DNA of 64,000 bases from Eledone cirrhosa. Its lineage: Eukaryota. Numbering within the stretch: position 1 is the stretch's first letter; every line of letters begins with the position of its first letter. The stretch covers positions 245,892,001-245,956,000 of the forward strand of contig OZ024741.1 in assembly GCA_964016885.1 (NCBI GenBank). Direction: 5' to 3'. The notes beneath the pieces were generated by a model. That model saw only the letters and a program-made list of their open reading frames with translations. It ran no database searches and was not told the origin of the DNA. Positions 13,837 through 27,800 of this stretch are shown here, one piece after another. The translations under genes and the position numbers were made by a program.

Positions 13837-16800
13837 GCACGGCTGGAAATTATCTCCCCTTGGACGGCTAGAAATTATCTCTCTTTGGACGGCTGGAAAT
13901 TATCTCCCTTTGATTTTTTTTACAAATTATCTCCCTCTGATTTTTTTTACGAATCTCCCCCTGATTTTTTTAAAAAAATTATCTCCCCTTCGCTGGCTGG
14001 AAATTATCTCCCCTTGGACACTGGAAATTATAGCCCCTTGGAGGGCTGGAAATTATCTTCCCTTGGACGGCTGGAAATTATCTCCCCCTGATTTTTTTTA
14101 CAAATTATCTCCGCCTTATTTTTTTAAAAAGTTATCTCTCCTTGGACGGCTGGAAATTATCTCCCCTTGATTTTTTTTACAAATAATCTCCCCCTGATTT
14201 TTTTTTACAAATTATCTCCCCCTGATTTTTTTTTACAAATTATCTACCCCTGATTTTCTTTTACAAATTATCTCCCCCTGATTTTTGTTACAAATTATCT
14301 CCCCCTGATTTTTCTTTTACAAATTATCTCCCCCTGATTTTTTTTACAAATTATCTCCGCCTGATTTTTTTAAATATTATCTTCCCTTGGCTGGCGGGAA
14401 ATTATCTCCCCTTGGATGGCTGGAAATTATCTGCCCTTGATTTTCTTTTTACAAATTATCTTCCACTGATTTTTTTTACAAATTATCTCCACCTGATTTT
14501 TTAAAAAATTATCTCCCCTTGGAAGGCTGGAAATTATCTCCCCTTGGCTGGAAATTATCTCCCCTTGGACGGCTAGAAATTATCTCTCTTTGTACGGCTG
14601 GAAATTATCACCCCTTGAGTTTTTTACAAATTATCTCCCCCTGATTTTTTTTACAAATCTCCCAGTGTTTTTTAAAAAAAATTATCTCCCCTTCGCTGGC
14701 TGGAAATTATCTCCCCTTGGACGCTGGAAATTATAGCCCCTTGGAGGGCTGGAAATTATCTTCCCTTGGACGGCTGGAAATTATCTCCCCTTGATTTTTT
14801 TTACAAATTATCTCCCCCTGATTTTTTTTTACAAATTATCTCCCCCTGATTTTTTTTTACAACTTATCTGCGCCTGATTTTTTTAAAAAAATTATCTTCC
14901 CTTGGACGGCTGGAAATTATCTCCCCTTGGACGGCTGGAAATTATCTCTCCTTGGACGGCTAGAATTTACCTCTCCTTGGACGGCTGAAAATTATCTCCC
15001 CTTGGACGGCTGGAAATTATCTCCCCTTGATTTTTTTTACAAATTATCTCCCCCTGATTTTTTTTTACAAATTATCTGCCCCTGATTTTTTTTTACAAAT
15101 TATCTCCCCCTGATTTTTTTTTTAAAATTATCTCCCCCTGATTTTTTTTACAAATTATCTCCCCCTGATTTTTTTACAAATTATCTCCCCTTGGCTGGCT
15201 GGAAATTATCTCCCCTTGGAGGCTGGAACTTATGTCCCCTTGGACGGCTAGAAATGACCTCTCCTTGGACGGCTGGAAAATATGTCTCCTTGGACGGCTG
15301 GATATTATCTCCCCTTGGACGGCTGGAAATTATCTCCCCTTGGACGGCTGGAAATTATCTCCCCTTGGATGGCTAGATATTACCTCCCCTTGGACGGCTG
15401 GAAATTATCTCCCCTTGATTTTTTTTACAAATTATCTCCCCCTGATTTTTTTTTACAAATTTTCTCCCCCTGATTTTTGTTTACAAATTATCTCCGCCTG
15501 ATTTTTTTTTAAAAATTATCTCCCCTTGGACGGCTGGAAATTATCTCCCCTTGGACGGCTAGAAATTACCTCTCCTTGGACGGCTGAAAATTATCTCCCC
15601 TTGGACGGCTGGAAATTATCTCCCCTTGATTTTTTTACAAATAATCTCCCCCTGATTTTTTTTTACAAATTATCTCCCCCTGATTTTTTTTTTACAAATT
15701 ATCTCCCCCTGATTTTTTTTTACAAATTATCTACCCCTGATTTTTTTTACAAATTATCTCCCCCTGATTTTTTTTACAAATTATCTCCCCCTGATTTTTT
15801 TTTACAAATTATCTACCCCTGATTTTTTTACAAATTATCTCCCCCTGATTTTTTTTACAAATTATCTCCGCCTGATTTTTTTAAATATTATCTTCCCTTG
15901 GCTGGCGGGAAATTATCTCCCCTTGGACGGCTGAAAATTATCTCCCCTTGGACGGCTGGAAATTATCTCCCCTTGATTCTTTTTACAAATTATCTCCCCC
16001 TGATTTTTTTTTACAAATTATCTCCCCCTGATTTTTTTACAAATTATCTCCCCCTGATTTTTTTTTACAAATTATCTCCCCCTGATTTTTTTTACAAATT
16101 ATTTCCCTCTGATTTTTTTGCAAATTATCTCCCCCTGATTTTTTTTTTACAAATTATCTCCCCCTGATTTTTTTTTACAAATTATCTCCCCCTGATTTTT
16201 TTTTACAAATTATCTCCCCCTGATTTTTTTTACAAATTATCTCCCCCCTGATTTTTTTACAAATTATCTCCCCTTGGCTGGCTGGAAATTATCTCCCCTT
16301 GGAGGCTGGAACTTATCTCCCCTTGGACGGCTAGAAATTACCTCTCCTTGGACGGCTGGAAAATATGTCTCCTTGGACGGCTGGATATTATCTCCCCTTG
16401 GACGGCTGGAAATTATCTCCCCTTGGACGGCTGGAAATTATCTCCCATTGGATGGCTAGATATTACCTCCCCTTGGACGGCTGGAAATTATCTCCCCTTG
16501 ATCTTTTTACAAATTATCTCCCCCTGATTTTTTTTTTACAAATTATCTCCCCCTGATTTTTTTTTACAAATTATCTACCCCTGATTTTTTTTTACAAATT
16601 ATCTCCCCCTGATTTTTTTTACAAATTATCTCCCCCTGATTTTTTTTTTACAAATTATCTCCCCCTGATTTTTTTACAAATTATCTCCCACTGATTTTTT
16701 TTACAAATTATCTCCGCCTGATTTTTTTAAATATTATCTCTCCTTGGCTGGCGGGAAATTATCTCCCCTTGGACGGCTGGAAATTATCTCCCCTTGGAAG

Positions 16801-18162
16801 GATGGAAATTATCTCCCCTTGGACGGCTGGAAATTATCTACCCCTGATTTTTTTTACAAATTATCTCCCCCTGATTTTTTTTACAAATTATCTCCCCCTG
16901 ATTTTTTTTACAAATTATCTACCCCTGATTTTTTTTACAAATTATCTCCCCCTGATTTTTTTTTACAAATTATCTCCCCTGATTTTTTTACAAATTATCT
17001 CCCCCTGATTTTTTTTACAATCTCCGCCTGATTTTTTTAAAAATTGTCTTCCCTTGGCTGGCTGGAAATTATCTCCCCTTGGACACTGGATATTATAGCC
17101 CCTTGGAGGGCTGGAAATTATCTTCCCTTGGACGGCTGGAAATTATCTCCCCTTGATTTTTTTTACAAATTATCTCCGCCTGATTTTTTTTTACAAATTA
17201 TCTCCCCCTGATTTTTTTTTACAAATTATCTACCCCTGATTTTTTTTTACAAATTATCTCCCCCTGATTTTTTTTACAAATTATCTCCCCCTGATTTTTC
17301 TTTTACAAATTATCTCCCCCTGATTTTTTTACAAATTATCTCCCCCTGATTTTTTTTACAAATTATCTCCGCCTGATTTTTTTAAATATTATCTTCCCTT
17401 GGCTGGCGGGAAATTATCTCCCCTTGGACGGCTGGAAATTATCTGCCCTTGATTTTCTTTTTACAAATTATCTTCCACTGATTTTTTTTACAAATTATCT
17501 TCACCTGATTTTTTAAAAAATTATCTCCCCTTGGAAGGCTGGAAATTATCTCCCCTTGGACGGCTGGAAATTATCTCCCCTTGGACGGCTAGAATTTACC
17601 TCTCCTTGGACGGCTGAAAATTATCTCCCCTTGAACGGCTGGAAATTATCTCCCCTTGATTTTTTTTACAAATTATCTCCCCCTTTTTTTTTTTTACAAA
17701 TTATCTCCCCCTGATTTTTTTTTACAAATTATCTCCCCCTGATTTTTTTTTACAAATTATCTCCCCCTGATTTTTTTTACAAATTATCTCCCCCTGATTT
17801 TTTTTACAAATTATCTCCCCCTGATTTTTTTACAAATTATCTCCCCCTGATTTTTTTTACAAATTATCTACCCCTGATTTTTTTTACAAATTATCTCCCC
17901 CTGATTTTTTTTTACAAATTATCTCCCCCTGATTTCTTTTTACAAATTATCTCCCCCTGATTTTTTTTTTACAAATTATCTCCCCCTGATTTTTTTACAA
18001 AGTATCTCCCCCTGATTTTTTTTACAATCTCCGCCTGATTTTTTTAAAAATTATCTTCCCTTGGCTGGCGGGAAATTATCTCCCCTTGGACGGCTGGAAA
18101 TTATCTCCCCTTGGAAGGATGGAAATTATCTCCCCTTGGACGGCTGGAAATTATCTCCCCTT
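13837..18162. repeat. HOR unit 3, truncated (4,326 bp)
   Basis: Markers at 13837 and 18163. Pseudo-ORFs 15191/19517 and ORF ends 14170/18496 are offset by 4,326. There is a junction near 17590. Confidence 0.85.
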
Positions 18163-21100
18163 GCACGGCTGGAAATTATCTCCCCTTGGACGGCTAGAAA
18201 TTATCTCTCTTTGGACGGCTGGAAATTATCTCCCTTTGATTTTTTTTACAAATTATCTCCCTCTGATTTTTTTTACGAATCTCCCCCTGATTTTTTTAAA
18301 AAAATTATCTCCCCTTCGCTGGCTGGAAATTATCTCCCCTTGGACACTGGAAATTATAGCCCCTTGGAGGGCTGGAAATTATCTTCCCTTGGACGGCTGG
18401 AAATTATCTCCCCCTGATTTTTTTTACAAATTATCTCCGCCTTATTTTTTTAAAAAGTTATCTCTCCTTGGACGGCTGGAAATTATCTCCCCTTGATTTT
18501 TTTTACAAATAATCTCCCCCTGATTTTTTTTTACAAATTATCTCCCCCTGATTTTTTTTTACAAATTATCTACCCCTGATTTTCTTTTACAAATTATCTC
18601 CCCCTGATTTTTGTTACAAATTATCTCCCCCTGATTTTTCTTTTACAAATTATCTCCCCCTGATTTTTTTTACAAATTATCTCCGCCTGATTTTTTTAAA
18701 TATTATCTTCCCTTGGCTGGCGGGAAATTATCTCCCCTTGGATGGCTGGAAATTATCTGCCCTTGATTTTCTTTTTACAAATTATCTTCCACTGATTTTT
18801 TTTACAAATTATCTCCACCTGATTTTTTTAAAAATTATCTCCCCTTGGAAGGCTGGAAATTATCTCCCCTTGGCTGGAAATTATCTCCCCTTGGACGGCT
18901 AGAAATTATCTCTCTTTGTACGGCTGGAAATTATCACCCCTTGAGTTTTTTACAAATTATCTCCCCCTGATTTTTTTTACAAATCTCCCAGTGTTTTTTA
19001 AAAAACATTATCTCCCCTTCGCTGGCTGGAAATTATCTCCCCTTGGACGCTGGAAATTATAGCCCCTTGGAGGGCTGGAAATTATCTTCCCTTGGACGGC
19101 TGGAAATTATCTCCCCTTGATTTTTTTTACAAATTATCTCCCCCTGATTTTTTTTTACAAATTATCTCCCCCTGATTTTTTTTTACAACTTATCTGCGCC
19201 TGATTTTTTTAAAAAAATTATCTTCCCTTGGACGGCTGGAAATTATCTCCCCTTGGACGGCTGGAAATTATCTCTCCTTGGACGGCTAGAATTTACCTCT
19301 CCTTGGACGGCTGAAAATTATCTCCCCTTGGACGGCTGGAAATTATCTCCCCTTGATTTTTTTTACAAATTATCTCCCCCTGATTTTTTTTTACAAATTA
19401 TCTGCCCCTGATTTTTTTTTACAAATTATCTCCCCCTGATTTTTTTTTTAAAATTATCTCCCCCTGATTTTTTTTACAAATTATCTCCCCCTGATTTTTT
19501 TACAAATTATCTCCCCTTGGCTGGCTGGAAATTATCTCCCCTTGGAGGCTGGAACTTATGTCCCCTTGGACGGCTAGAAATGACCTCTCCTTGGACGGCT
19601 GGAAAATATGTCTCCTTGGACGGCTGGATATTATCTCCCCTTGGACGGCTGGAAATTATCTCCCCTTGGACGGCTGGAAATTATCTCCCCTTGGATGGCT
19701 AGATATTACCTCCCCTTGGACGGCTGGAAATTATCTCCCCTTGATTTTTTTTACAAATTATCTCCCCTTGATTTTTTTTTACAAATTTTCTCCCCCTGAT
19801 TTTTGTTTACAAATTATCTCCGCCTGATTTTTTTTTAAAAATTATCTCCCCTTGGACGGCTGGAAATTATCTCCCCTTGGACGGCTAGAAATTACCTCTC
19901 CTTGGACGGCTGAAAATTATCTCCCCTTGGACGGCTGGAAATTATCTCCCCTTGATTTTTTTACAAATAATCTCCCCCTGATTTTTTTTTACAAATTATC
20001 TCCCCCTGATTTTTTTTTTACAAATTATCTCCCCCTGATTTTTTTTTACAAATTATCTACCCCTGATTTTTTTTACAAATTATCTCCCCCTGATTTTTTT
20101 TACAAATTATCTCCCCCTGATTTTTTTTTACAAATTATCTCCCCCTGATTTTTTTACAAATTATCTCCCCCTGATTTTTTTTACAAATTATCTCCGCCTG
20201 ATTTTTTTAAATATTATCTTCCCTTGGCTGGCGGGAAATTATCTCCCCTTGGACGGCTGAAAATTATCTCCCCTTGGACGGCTGAAAATTATCTCCCCTT
20301 GGACGGCTGGAAATTATCTCCCCTTGATTCTTTTTACAAATTATCTCCCCCTGATTTTTTTTTACAAATTATCTCCCCCTGATTTTTTTACAAATTATCT
20401 CCCCTTGGCTGGCTGGAAATTATCTCCCCTTGGAGGCTGGAACTTATCTCCCCTTGGACGGCTAGAAATTACCTCTCCTTGGACGGCTGGAAAATATGTC
20501 TCCTTGGACGGCTGGATATTATCTCCCCTTGGACGGCTGGAAATTATCTCCCCTTGGACGGCTGGAAATTATCTCCCATTGGATGGCTAGATATTACCTC
20601 CCCTTGGACGGCTGGAAATTATCTCCCCTTGATCTTTTTACAAATTATCTCCCCCTGATTTTTTTTTTACAAATTATCTCCCCCTGATTTTTTTTTACAA
20701 ATTATCTACCCCTGATTTTTTTTTACAAATTATCTCCCCCTGATTTTTTTTACAAATTATCTCCCCCTGATTTTTTTTTTACAAATTATCTCCCCCTGAT
20801 TTTTTTACAAATTATCTCCCACTGATTTTTTTTACAAATTATCTCCGCCTGATTTTTTTAAATATTATCTCTCCTTGGCTGGCGGGAAATTATCTCCCCT
20901 TGGACGGCTGGAAATTATCTCCCCTTGGAAGGATGGAAATTATCTCCCCTTGGACGGCTGGAAATTATCTACCCCTGATTTTTTTTACAAATTATCTCCC
21001 CCTGATTTTTTTTACAAATTATCTCCCCCTGATTTTTTTTACAAATTATCTACCCCTGATTTTTTTTACAAATTATCTCCCCCTGATTTTTTTTTACAAA

Positions 21101-24100
21101 TTATCTCCCCCTGATTTTTTTACAAATTATCTCCCCCTGATTTTTTTTACAATCTCCGCCTGATTTTTTTAAAAATTGTCTTCCCTTGGCTGGCTGGAAA
21201 TTATCTCCCCTTGGACACTGGATATTATAGCCCCTTGGAGGGCTGGAAATTATCTTCCCTTGGACGGCTGGAAATTATCTCCCCTTGATTTTTTTTACAA
21301 ATTATCTCCGCCTGATTTTTTTTTACAAATTATCTCCCCCTGATTTTTTTTTACAAATTATCTACCCCTGATTTTTTTTTACAAATTATCTCCCCCTGAT
21401 TTTTTTTACAAATTATCTCCCCCTGATTTTTCTTTTACAAATTATCTCCCCCTGATTTTTTTACAAATTATCTCCCCCTGATTTTTTTTACAAATTATCT
21501 CCGCCTGATTTTTTTAAATATTATCTTCCCTTGGCTGGCGGGAAATTATCTCCCCTTGGACGGCTGGAAATTATCTGCCCTTGATTTTCTTTTTACAAAT
21601 TATCTTCCACTGATTTTTTTTACAAATTATCTTCACCTGATTTTTTAAAAAATTATCTCCCCTTGGAAGGCTGGAAATTATCTCCCCTTGGACGGCTGGA
21701 AATTATCTCCCCTTGGACGGCTAGAAATTATCTCTCCTTGGACGGCTGAAAATTATCTCCCCTTGGACGGCTGCAAATTATCTCCCCTTGATTTTTTTTA
21801 CAAATTATCTCCCCCTGATTTTTTTTACAAATTATCTCCCCCTGATTTTTTTACAAATTATCTACCCCTGATTTTTTTTACAAATTATCTCCCCCTGATT
21901 TTTTTTTACAAATTATCTCCCCCTGATTTTTTTTTACAAATTATCTCCCCCTGATTTTTTTTTACAAATTATCTCCCCCTGATTTTTTTACAAATTATCT
22001 CCCCCTGATTTTTTTTACAATCTCCGCCTGATTTTTTTAAAAATTATCTTCCCTTGGCTGGCGGGAAATTATCTCCCCTTGGACGGCTGGAAATTATCTC
22101 CCCTTGGAAGGATGGAAATTATCTCCCCTTGGACGGCTGGAAATTATCTCCCCTTGCACGGCTGGAAATTATCTCCCCTTGGCTGGAAATTATCTCCCCT
22201 TGGACGGCTAGAAATTATCTCTCTTTGGACGGCTGGAAATTATCTCCCTTTGATTTTTTTTACAAATTATCTCCCTCTGATTTTTTTTACAAATCTCCCC
22301 CTGATTTTTTTAAAAAAATTATCTTCCCTTCGCTGGCTGGAAATTATCTTCCCTTGGACGGCTGGAAATTATCTCCCCTTGATTTTTTTTACAAATTATC
22401 TCCGCCTGATTTTTTTTTAAAATTATCTCTCCTTGGACGGCTGGAAATTATCTCCCCTTGATTTTTTTTACAAATAATCTCCCCCTGATTTTTTTTTATA
22501 AATTATCTCCCCCTGATTTTTTTTTACAAATTATCTACCCCTGATTTTTTTTTACAAATTATCTCCCCCTGATTTTTTTTACAAATTATCTCCCCCTGAT
22601 TTTTCTTTTACAAATTATCTCCCCCTGATTTTTTTACAAATTATCTCCCCCTGATTTTTTTTACAAATTGTCTCCGCCTGATTTTTTTAAATATTATCTT
22701 CCCTTGGCTTGCGGGAAATTACCTCCCCTTGGACGGCTGGAAATTATCTGCCCTTGATTTTCTTTTTACAAATTATCTTCCACTGATTTTTTTTACAAAT
22801 TATCTCCACCTGATTTTTTAAAAAATTATCTCCCCTTGGAAGGCTGGAAATTATCTCCCCTTGGACGGCTAGAAATTATCTCTCTTTGGACGGCTGGAAA
22901 TTATCACCCCTTGAGTTTTTTACAAATTATCTCCCCCTGATTTTTTTTACAAATCTCCCAGTGATTTTTTAAAAAAAATTATCTCCCCTTCGCTGGCTGG
23001 AAATTATCTCCCCTTGGACGCTGGAAATTATAGCCCCTTGGAGGGCTGGAAATTATCTTCCCTTGGACGGCTGGAAATTATCTCCCCTTGGACGGCTGGA
23101 AATTATCTCTCCTTGGACGGCTAGAATTTACCTCTCCTTGGACGGCTGAAAATTATCTCCCCTTGAACGGCTGGAAATTATCTCCCCTTGATTTTTTTTA
23201 CAAATTATCTCCCCCTTTTTTTTTTTTACAAATTATCTCCCCCTGATTTTTTTTTACAAATTATCTCCCCCTCATTTTTTTTTACAAATTATCTCCCCCT
23301 GATTTTTTTTACAAATTATCTCCCCCCTGATTTTTTTACAAATTATCTCCCCTTGGCTGGTTGGAAATTATCTCCCCTTGGAGGCTGGAACTTATCTCCC
23401 CTTGGACGGCTAGAAATTACCTCTCCTTGGACGGCTGGAAAATATGTCTCCTTGGACGGCTGGATATTATCTCCCCTTGGACGGCTGGAAATTATCTCCC
23501 CTTGGACGGCTGGAAATTATCTCCCCTTGGATGGCTAGATATTACCTCCCCTTGGACGGCTGGAAATTATCTCCCCTTGATTTTTTTAACAAATTATCTC
23601 CCCCTGATTTTTTTTACAAATTATCTCCCCCTGATTTTTTTTAAAAAATTATCTCCCCCTGATTTTTGTTTACAAATTATCTCCGCCTGATTTTTTTTAA
23701 CAAATTATCTCCCCTTGGACGGCTGGAAATTATCTCCCCTTGGACGGCTGGAAATTATATCTCCTTGGACGGCTAGAATTTACCTCTCCTTGGACGGCTG
23801 AAAATTATCTCCCCTTGGACGGCTGGAAATTATCTCCCCTTGATTTTTTTTACAAATTATCTCCCCCTGATTTTTTTTTACAAATTATCTCCCCCTGATT
23901 TTTTTTTACAAATTATCTCCCCCTGATTTTTTTTTACAAATTATCTCCCCCTGATTTTTTTACAAATTATCTCCCCTTGGCTGGCTGGAAATTATCTCCC
24001 CTTGGAGGCTGGAACTTATCTCCACTTGGACGGCTAGAAATTACCTCTCCTTGGACGGCTGGAAAATATGTCTCCTTGGACGGCTGGATATTATCTCCCC

Positions 24101-24816
24101 TTGGACGGCTGGAAATTATCTCCCCTTGGACGGCTGGAAATTATCTCCCCTTGGATGGCTAGATATTACCTCCCCTTGGACGGCTGGAAATTATCTCCCC
24201 TTGATTTTTTTTACAAATTATCTCCCCCTGATTTTTTTTTACAAATTATCTCCCCCTGAATTTTTTTTACAAATTATCTCCCCCTGATTTTTGTTTACAA
24301 ATTATCTCCGCCTGATTTTTTTTTTAAATTATCTCCCCTTGGACGGCTGGAAATTATCTCCCCTTGGACGGCTAGAAATTACCTCTCCTTGGACGGCTGA
24401 AAATTATCTCCCCTTGGACGGCTGGAAATTATCTCCCCTTGATTTTTTTACAAATTATCTCCCCCTGATTTTTTTTTTACAAATTATCTCCCCCTGATTT
24501 TTTTTTACAAATTATCTACCCCTGATTTTTTTTTACAAATTATCTCCCCCTGATTTTTTTTTACAAATTATCTACCCCTGATTTTTTTTACAAATTATCT
24601 CCCCCTGATTTTTTTTACAAATTATCTCCCCCTGATTTTTTTTTTACAAATTATCTCCCCCTGATTTTTTTACAAATTATCTCCCCCTGATTTTTTTTAC
24701 AAATTATCTCCGCCGGATTTTTTTAAATATTATCTTCCCTTGGCTTGCGGGAAATTATCTCCCCTTGGACGGCTGAAAATTATCTCCCCTTGGACGGCTG
24801 GAAATTATCTCCCCTT
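18163..24816. repeat. HOR unit 4 (6,654 bp)
   Basis: Pseudo-ORF pairs 19517/26171, 20324/26978, 20875/27529 and 22054/28708 are all offset by 6,654. Confidence 0.9.
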
Positions 24817-27800
24817 GCACGGCTGGAAATTATCTCCCCTTGGACGGCTAGAAATTATCTCTCTTTGGACGGCTGGAAATTATCTCCCTTTGATTTTTTT
24901 TACAAATTATCTCCCTCTGATTTTTTTTACGAATCTCCCCCTGATTTTTTTAAAAAAATTATCTCCCCTTCGCTGGCTGGAAATTATCTCCCCTTGGACA
25001 CTGGAAATTATAGCCCCTTGGAGGGCTGGAAATTATCTTCCCTTGGACGGCTGGAAATTATCTCCCCCTGATTTTTTTTACAAATTATCTCCGCCTTATT
25101 TTTTTAAAAAGTTATCTCTCCTTGGACGGCTGGAAATTATCTCCCCTTGATTTTTTTTACAAATAATCTCCCCCTGATTTTTTTTTACAAATTATCTCCC
25201 CCTGATTTTTTTTTACAAATTATCTACCCCTGATTTTCTTTTACAAATTATCTCCCCCTGATTTTTGTTACAAATTATCTCCCCCTGATTTTTCTTTTAC
25301 AAATTATCTCCCCCTGATTTTTTTTACAAATTATCTCCGCCTGATTTTTTTAAATATTATCTTCCCTTGGCTGGCGGGAAATTATCTCCCCTTGGATGGC
25401 TGGAAATTATCTGCCCTTGATTTTCTTTTTACAAATTATCTTCCACTGATTTTTTTTACAAATTATCTCCACCTGATTTTTTAAAAAATTATCTCCCCTT
25501 GGAAGGCTGGAAATTATCTCCCCTTGGCTGGAAATTATCTCCCCTTGGACGGCTAGAAATTATCTCTCTTTGTACGGCTGGAAATTATCACCCCTTGAGT
25601 TTTTTACAAATTATCTCCCCCTGATTTTTTTTACAAATCTCCCAGTGTTTTTTAAAAAAAATTATCTCCCCTTCGCTGGCTGGAAATTATCTCCCCTTGG
25701 ACGCTGGAAATTATAGCCCCTTGGAGGGCTGGAAATTATCTTCCCTTGGACGGCTGGAAATTATCTCCCCTTGATTTTTTTTACAAATTATCTCCCCCTG
25801 ATTTTTTTTTACAAATTATCTCCCCCTGATTTTTTTTTACAACTTATCTGCGCCTGATTTTTTTAAAAAAATTATCTTCCCTTGGACGGCTGGAAATTAT
25901 CTCCCCTTGGACGGCTGGAAATTATCTCTCCTTGGACGGCTAGAATTTACCTCTCCTTGGACGGCTGAAAATTATCTCCCCTTGGACGGCTGGAAATTAT
26001 CTCCCCTTGATTTTTTTTACAAATTATCTCCCCCTGATTTTTTTTTACAAATTATCTGCCCCTGATTTTTTTTTACAAATTATCTCCCCCTGATTTTTTT
26101 TTTAAAATTATCTCCCCCTGATTTTTTTTACAAATTATCTCCCCCTGATTTTTTTACAAATTATCTCCCCTTGGCTGGCTGGAAATTATCTCCCCTTGGA
26201 GGCTGGAACTTATGTCCCCTTGGACGGCTAGAAATGACCTCTCCTTGGACGGCTGGAAAATATGTCTCCTTGGACGGCTGGATATTATCTCCCCTTGGAC
26301 GGCTGGAAATTATCTCCCCTTGGACGGCTGGAAATTATCTCCCCTTGGATGGCTAGATATTACCTCCCCTTGGACGGCTGGAAATTATCTCCCCTTGATT
26401 TTTTTTACAAATTATCTCCCCCTGATTTTTTTTTACAAATTTTCTCCCCCTGATTTTTGTTTACAAATTATCTCCGCCTGATTTTTTTTTAAAAATTATC
26501 TCCCCTTGGACGGCTGGAAATTATCTCCCCTTGGACGGCTAGAAATTACCTCTCCTTGGACGGCTGAAAATTATCTCCCCTTGGACGGCTGGAAATTATC
26601 TCCCCTTGATTTTTTTACAAATAATCTCCCCCTGATTTTTTTTTACAAATTATCTCCCCCTGATTTTTTTTTTACAAATTATCTCCCCCTGATTTTTTTT
26701 TACAAATTATCTACCCCTGATTTTTTTTACAAATTATCTCCCCCTGATTTTTTTTACAAATTATCTCCCCCTGATTTTTTTTTACAAATTATCTCCCCCT
26801 GATTTTTTTACAAATTATCTCCCCCTGATTTTTTTTACAAATTATCTCCGCCTGATTTTTTTAAATATTATCTTCCCTTGGCTGGCGGGAAATTATCTCC
26901 CCTTGGACGGCTGAAAATTATCTCCCCTTGGACGGCTGAAAATTATCTCCCCTTGGACGGCTGGAAATTATCTCCCCTTGATTCTTTTTACAAATTATCT
27001 CCCCCTGATTTTTTTTTACAAATTATCTCCCCCTGATTTTTTTACAAATTATCTCCCCTTGGCTGGCTGGAAATTATCTCCCCTTGGAGGCTGGAACTTA
27101 TCTCCCCTTGGACGGCTAGAAATTACCTCTCCTTGGACGGCTGGAAAATATGTCTCCTTGGACGGCTGGATATTATCTCCCCTTGGACGGCTGGAAATTA
27201 TCTCCCCTTGGACGGCTGGAAATTATCTCCCATTGGATGGCTAGATATTACCTCCCCTTGGACGGCTGGAAATTATCTCCCCTTGATCTTTTTACAAATT
27301 ATCTCCCCCTGATTTTTTTTTTACAAATTATCTCCCCCTGATTTTTTTTTACAAATTATCTACCCCTGATTTTTTTTTACAAATTATCTCCCCCTGATTT
27401 TTTTTACAAATTATCTCCCCCTGATTTTTTTTTTACAAATTATCTCCCCCTGATTTTTTTACAAATTATCTCCCACTGATTTTTTTTACAAATTATCTCC
27501 GCCTGATTTTTTTAAATATTATCTCTCCTTGGCTGGCGGGAAATTATCTCCCCTTGGACGGCTGGAAATTATCTCCCCTTGGAAGGATGGAAATTATCTC
27601 CCCTTGGACGGCTGGAAATTATCTACCCCTGATTTTTTTTACAAATTATCTCCCCCTGATTTTTTTTACAAATTATCTCCCCCTGATTTTTTTTACAAAT
27701 TATCTACCCCTGATTTTTTTTACAAATTATCTCCCCCTGATTTTTTTTTACAAATTATCTCCCCCTGATTTTTTTACAAATTATCTCCCCCTGATTTTTT

